DNA of 64,000 bases from Eledone cirrhosa (Eukaryota). Where the stretch lies: NCBI GenBank assembly GCA_964016885.1, contig OZ024753.1, positions 22,196,001-22,260,000 of the forward strand. Reading direction: 5' to 3'. Positions within the stretch are counted from its first letter, which is position 1. Each line of letters starts with the position of its first letter. A program made the translations under genes and the position numbers. Below the pieces are notes generated by a model. It was not told the origin of the DNA. It saw nothing but the letters and a program-made list of their open reading frames with translations, and did no database searches. Below, piece by piece: positions 57,956-64,000 of this stretch.

Positions 57956-59042
57956 CAATATGGCTTCCCTACCACTTCCTCAACAGTTACAAAGACATAC
58001 CAGGTACCCCTCCAATATATTGAGGGGCGGGGGTTGGTGCTTCAGCTGTTGCTGTCTGTCTATTTGTCTTTAAGGATTAATCTGGGTGTGAAAGAGAAAG
58101 TAGCACCTTTCATAATAAAAGTTTCTTTAATCTCTCTCTCTTTCTCCTTCTCGTTCTATCTCCCCCTCTCTCTATCTTTCTCCCTCTCATTCTCTCTCCC
58201 CTTTTCTCTGTCTTTCTCTCTCCCCCTTTTTCTTTCTTTCCCCCTCTCCCTCTGTCTTTCATTCTCGTCTTCGCTCTCTCTCCCCTTCTCTCTATCTTTC
58301 TCTCTCCCTCTCTCTTCCTTCCCCTCTCTCTCCCCCTCCCCCTCGCTCTATCACCCCTCTCCCGCTCTTCCCCCACTCTCTCGTGTATTTCTTTATAGTT
58401 GCACTACACTATTTATCTATCTATTCCTGTCATTTCCCCCTTTTTCCTCTCATCCACCCTTAACTTCTCCACATGTTCACATCTTAATATATAACTTGTA
58501 CCAAATTCATCTGACCAGCCCCAGCCATCTACTTTTTTTAAAAAAAATAAGCAGAGTATTTAAAAGTATCTGCACCTAATAGTAGATATGAATATATAAT
58601 ATATACGAGGGTCAGTCATAGACTGAGAAATCTTGCTTAATTTCAACTCTTCCAAGTGATTGGTTTCTTTCCGGAGGGGGGGGGGGGCTCTGTTGAACAA
58701 TAAACCTGAGTGTCTTGGTCACTCTAACATTGTTTCAGCCGACTCTCGTATACACGCACTCTCACATACATACATACATAAAAACATACACAAACCCTCT
58801 CCCCAACCAGCCCCACCCCCACACCCCAGACCCCACATACCAATCACCCCACACCACATCGCCACACCCACACAACATATCGCCCCCCCCCACACACACC
58901 AGACCCCCCCAACCACCACCAGCACAACATCACACTACACCCCCCAGCACCCCCCACACCACATACACACCACACACACACCACACACATTACCCACACA
59001 CACCACCCATACACCACAGCCCACACGCATATACACATACTA

Positions 59043-59485
59043 CAGTGTCTCTGCCCACCCTGGTACAATATATATCACATAGACATAGTACAGGTTTCCG
59101 CAGTGTCTCTGCCCACTCTTACACCATATATATCACATAGACATAATACAGGTTTCCGCAGTGCCTCTGCCCACCCTGACACCATATATATCACATAGAC
59201 ATAGTACAGGTTTCCGCAGTGTCTCTGCCCATCCTGACACCATATATATCACATAGACATAGTACAGGTTTCCGTAGTGTCTCTGCCCACCCTGGCACCA
59301 TATTTATCACATAGACATAGTACAGGTTTCCGCAGTGTCTCTGCCCACTCTGACACCATATATATCACATAGACATAGTACAGGTTTCCGCAGTGTCTCT
59401 GCCCACCCTGACACCATATTTATCACATAGACATAGTACAGGCTTCCGCAGTGTCTCTGCCCACCCTGACACCATATTTATCACA
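59043..59485. repeat. 58-bp minisatellite, ~7.6 copies
   Basis: Unit CAGTGTCTCTGCCCACCCTGACACCATATATATCACATAGACATAGTACAGGTTTCCG. Confidence 0.95.
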
Positions 59486-59697
59486 CCGACGTTCTTCTCA
59501 CAACGAATGTCTTCGTCTAAACAAACAACATTACTAATCCAAATATTTCCTTCATGAATCAGTAAAGTTAATGTTATTACAATTGAGACTCCCCTGCATA
59601 ATACGCGCATGCGTAAACAACATTTCACTTCCTTAACTTTAACCTCTCACTTCCTTCTAATATTATGTGAATCTGTCTATCATATATATATACGCAT

Positions 59698-60880
59698 ATA
59701 AGAGAGTATTGAAGTTTGCTTGAAGCATTGTGGAATAATAAGTAAATATCTTTAAGTCGTTTGGAAGCCTCGACAATGCAAATGGGTAAATCTCCGAGTA
59801 ACAAGATCCGGTGGTGGAGAGAGGGATGTAAGTGGGTGTACGTTGAGATGCGTGGTGTGTATAAGATGTGTAAATGTGTAGAAGAAAGAAGGGAAGAGTA
59901 TAAAGGATAAAATAAAAATAACAACACAAGAGAGAGTTACCTTGGGAGAGATTTAATAGTCCCTATATATTTCGGATTCACATCCATCAACTGGGGTTTT
60001 TTTCCGGGGTAAAGGTTGTCTGTCGGACAGGTGCGAAACGCGTCCTCCGCTGTTTGTTGTTTTGAATATCTGAGGTATTCGGCAGAGCGCGCGAGCGCGT
60101 GAAATGGGGTCGGTCGGGCAGAGGTCAGCGGCCGAATGAGGGAGTGGGGTGGCGCTAGCTGCCAGTCCATTCTCTGCCTGTTTGTTAAATGTTACTGTGT
60201 GTGTGTGTGCGTGTGTTGTTGTCTCGCTTGAGTGTGTGTGTGAGTGCGTGTGTTGTTGCCTTGTTCCTCTGTATTGGCAGTGTAGTATGTTCGTATGGTG
60301 GAATGCTACTGTGTGTGTGTGCGTGTGTGTGTGTAGTTGTCTCGTTTGTGTGTGCGTGTGTTGTGTGTTGCTACATCGTTTGTTAACTTAAACCAGCCAT
60401 CTCATTTCGCTTCTCTCTAATCGGTTGTTTATTTGCGGTTGCAGGCGTTTGATAAAAAGCGCTTCCTTGAAACGTAACGTGCCGACGTTTCTTTCAGTCG
60501 CTAGAATTGTGACAATGGGCCTTCCATCTTTGTTTCCGCATTTGTCTATGTGTTTCTGGAAAGACGAGGCCCTGGTTTTAGTGTGTTCCTTGATCCGGAT
60601 GTGCAAAGGTCGGATTGTGCTACCTATGTAGTATTGGTTGCCCCTGTCAGATTCTATCTTATTCACGACGTATGTGCGTAGGCAACAGTTCGCATGGCGT
60701 AGCGGGCAGTCTCTGAGGGAGCATGCGTCAGTAGATTTCCCGGGTTTCTTGGAGAGGCATCTTCGCAGGGAGAGGCCCGAGTTGGCCAGGTGGATGTCGA
60801 GGCCCACCCTCCGTATAGCCTTGCGGATAGCGTTGTTGGTATTCTCGCCCAGGTGAGGCATTTTAAGGAAGCACTTGCCT
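59698..60880 (-). mobile_element. Inverted, 5'-truncated copy of the PLE: endonuclease (60880-60388), 3' UTR, pseudo-LTR (60139-59698)
   Basis: ORF 60388..60861 nearly matches the C-terminus of 62492..63916. 59698-60139 is the reverse complement of 60886-61326. Confidence 0.92.
59961..59996 (-). ncRNA. Hammerhead-like motif with atypical CAGUUGA core in the pseudo-LTR
   Basis: Reverse complement reads CCC CAGTTGA t GGAT-GTGA-ATCC GAAA TATA TA GGG. Confidence 0.55.
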
Positions 60881-61028
60881 CGACATCATTCGGCCGCTGA
60901 CCTCTGCCCGACCGACCCCATTTCACGCGCACGCGGGCTCTGCCGAATACCTCAGATATTCAAAACAACAAACAGCGGAGAACGCGTTCGCACCTGTCCG
61001 ACAGACAACCTGAACCCCGGAAAAAAAA

Positions 61029-61063
61029 CCCAGTTGATGGATGTGAATCCGAAATATATAGGG
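61029..61063 (+). ncRNA. Hammerhead-like motif with atypical CAGUUGA core in the pseudo-LTR
   Basis: CC CAGTTGA t GGAT-GTGA-ATCC GAAA TATA TA GGG. Confidence 0.55.
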
Positions 61064-61295
61064 ACTATTAAATCTCTCCCAAGGTAACTCTCTCTTGTGT
61101 TGTTATTTTAATTTTATCCTTTATACTCTTCCCTTCTTTCTTCTACACATTTACACATCTTATACACACCACGCATCTCAACGTACACACACTTACATCT
61201 CTCTCTCCACCACCGGATCTTGTTACCCGGAGATTTACCCATTTGCATTGTCGAGGCTTCCAAACTACTTAAAGATATTTACTTATTATTCCACA

Positions 61296-63916
61296 ATGCT
61301 TCAAGCAAACTTCAATACTCTCTTATCCTTACATCTGAGCCAGGAATTGTTTGCATCCGTAAGGGAACTGTTTAGACTGTCGGAGAAATTGGCCAACGCT
61401 GGCTGTCAAATTATTTTCCTGAAACGCTGCCTAAAAAAGGATGTCATCCCCAACACCATCAGGAACATCCGCTTACCAGTAAGCCTACGTACTCCAGCTT
61501 TCCAAAACACCACTAACCGCATACATTGCACGTGTATTAAACAGATCCTGAGACATCTCAACCGCCAATTACACGTCCATAAGCAGACACTCTCAGAGCG
61601 GACACATCGACTGCCAATAGCACCCGGGGACTTGCTCCTGAAAATCACTAAAGCAATCGACCAGTGCTACCACTCCAGAGTTCAATACCAGAGAAAACGG
61701 CTCAAGCGAAAATATGAGTGGATCTTGTCGAAACGCCACAACGGGAACATCGACACTAACGAACAGACGGACCAGAACCACGTGGGAAACAACAACTTAA
61801 CAACCGCCACCGCCGCATCCACCAACACCGAGCCATACCTCAACGATGCGACGCACCTGGTTACCGACCTAACCAGCACTCTCACGAGCGACGAGCTGAA
61901 ACTCCTACACCTCGGACTCAAGTTCATCGTCTCACAACGTCCCGACGACAGACTCAAACTCAACATCGAGGCCAACTTTTGTCGAGCCGCTTACCAACTT
62001 AAATGGGTGACCGCCATCAACACCACAGAAAATAACAGCGCCCACGCAACCCACCCCAAGTTCCCCACTTACCACCCCGACAACCCACTCCACCCCCACC
62101 CACCAACCACGAACTCGACACTAAACTCATCAGGCTAAAATACTCCATCTCGGATATACTTCACAAACACACACACACATGCACAACACATAATCTCACC
62201 AAATCTCAACTCACCACTCTCTCCAACCTAAAATCGAAGAACCTCATCTATCTCCCCTCCGACAAGGGAAAAGAATTCTGCGTCATCAGCAGAGAGGCCT
62301 ACAACACCCTGGCCCTCCAACACCTTGACGATGACAACCTCTACTCCAAGGTCACGGGAATCACTCCCGCGCAGATAGAAGAGCACATCAACGCCGCCTG
62401 GACCAACATCTGCGACCGGCGGAAGCTCCCGAAGAAGCTGAGATACAACCTCCTCACGAGGAACAGCAGACTACCCGCTTTCTACCACCTCGTGAAAACA
62501 CACAAACAGGGACCCGACCTGAAGATCAGGCCCATCGTATCGAGCGTGGAGGGACAACTCTACAAAATTTCATGGCTCCTAGCCAGAATACTCAAACCCA
62601 TCTTAGACACCTTACCGGGACACGTTAACAGCTCCGAGGAGGTGTTGAAGCGCCTGCATCAAATGGATCCCGACACCAGAAGGAATAACAGATATGCCTT
62701 CAGCCTTGATGTAGTCACTCTCTACACCTCGGTCCCGGCACTCCCGGCCGTCAATATACTGATGGAACGCGTCCAATCCACCGACCTACACTGCTTCGGG
62801 CTCACCACCACTGACATCCACCAACTCCTATCCATCGTCGTCGACAACACCTACTTCGGATTCCTTGACCAAACATACCAACAAACCTCGGGATTGCCCA
62901 TGGGATCAAGCCTATCAGGTGTGCTAGCGATCTCTTACATGGACAACCTCGAACGCAAGGCACTCAACGCCTGCCACCCCAACGCCGTAGCCTTTTTCTC
63001 AAGGTACCTGGACGATATCCTCATCCTCACATCTTCCCAAGACACGGCGAACAGAATCTATGAGACGTTCAACAACACGGACGAGAACATTGACTTCAGT
63101 GTTGAACACCCCAACGAAGACGGGTCACTTGCCCTCCTCGACTTCCGAATCAACATCACGGAACAGGGAAGGATCCACTGCAACTTCTACCAAAAGGCAG
63201 CCTGCAGGGACCTGTTCGTTCACTACAAGTCCGCCCTCCCTAACAGTGCCAAAAGAAGATACATCACGAACGAGATCGCGCGAATCAAAAACAGATGCAG
63301 CGATCCCGCGAGTGGTGTCACTCATACCAAGCGATTCCTCGAGGTGCTGGAGACGAACGGGTACCCTACCTCGATCACAGACAGAGTAGGAGACACCAGA
63401 CACAAGAGACAGAGAGGCACCCAAGGCAAGTGCTTCCTTAAAATACCACACCTGGGCGAGAATACCACCAACGCTATCCGCAAGGCTATACGGAGGGAGG
63501 GCCTCGACATCCACCTGGCCCACTCGGGCGCCTCCCTGCGAAGATGCCTCTCCAAGAAACCCGGGAAATCTACCGACGCATGCTCCGTCAGAGACTGCCC
63601 CATACGCCATGCGAACTGTTGCCTACGCACATACATCGTGTATAAGATAGAATGTGACAGGTGCAACCAATACTACATAGGTAGCACAATCCGACCTTTT
63701 CACATCCGGATCAAGGAACACACTAAAACCAGGGCCTCGTCTTTCCGGAAACACATAGACAAATGCGGAAACAAAGATGGAAGGCCCATTGTCACAATTC
63801 TAGCGACTGAAAGAAACGTCGGTACGTTACGTATCAAGGAAGCGCTTTTTATCAAACGCCTGCAACCGCAAATAAACAACCGATTAGAGAGAAGCGAAAT
63901 GAGATGGCTGGTTTAA
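61296..63916 (+). CDS. PLE polyprotein (RT + GIY-YIG endonuclease) split by one frameshift at ~62070-62130; start codon uncertain
   Basis: N-terminal FLKRCLKKDVIP; PSDKG at ~62255-62269, in frame with ORF 62492; IRPIVS, FSLDVVTLYTSV, QTSGLPMGSSLS, RYLDDI, LLD; Cys linker; IVYKIECDRCNQYYIGST.R.FHIRIKEH; EALFI..LQPQIN. Confidence 0.9.
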
Positions 63917-64000
63917 GTTAACAAACGATGTAGCAACACACAACACACGCACACACAAACGAAACAACTACACACACACACACGCACACACAGTAGCATT

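Larger units (their letters stand above)
60886..64000 (+). mobile_element. Near full-length Penelope-like retroelement (Cys-linker, Neptune/Nematis-like), continuing beyond the window
   Basis: 5' pseudo-LTR, RT + GIY-YIG ORF and CA-rich 3' UTR. Confidence 0.93.

Overview
AT-rich, repeat-dominated eukaryotic (animal) genomic DNA. The SINE types and (TA)n/(TG)n load resemble octopus/cephalopod genomes, which is an inference. No host gene could be confidently identified. About half of the window is tandem repeat, including a ~23 kb 9/18-bp satellite at 25.2-48.1 kb and several minisatellites. The rest is dense in Penelope-like element (PLE) material: a near-intact RT + GIY-YIG PLE at 60.9-64 kb with a head-to-head inverted 3' copy, and two Naiad-type PLE fragments. 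Hand folding finds about 20 type I hammerhead ribozyme (HHR) motifs or remnants, from roughly 9-10 apparently distinct sequence families. The most notable item is a 591-bp non-coding, HHR-containing unit. It occurs as a homogeneous 3.3-copy tandem array plus a dispersed monomer with an inverted partial copy, and looks like a retrozyme or circRNA-forming non-autonomous element. Several HHRs have variant cores (U3-A8, U4C, CAGUUGA) or very long stem II insertions. All RNA structures were folded by eye; no searches or activity tests were run.
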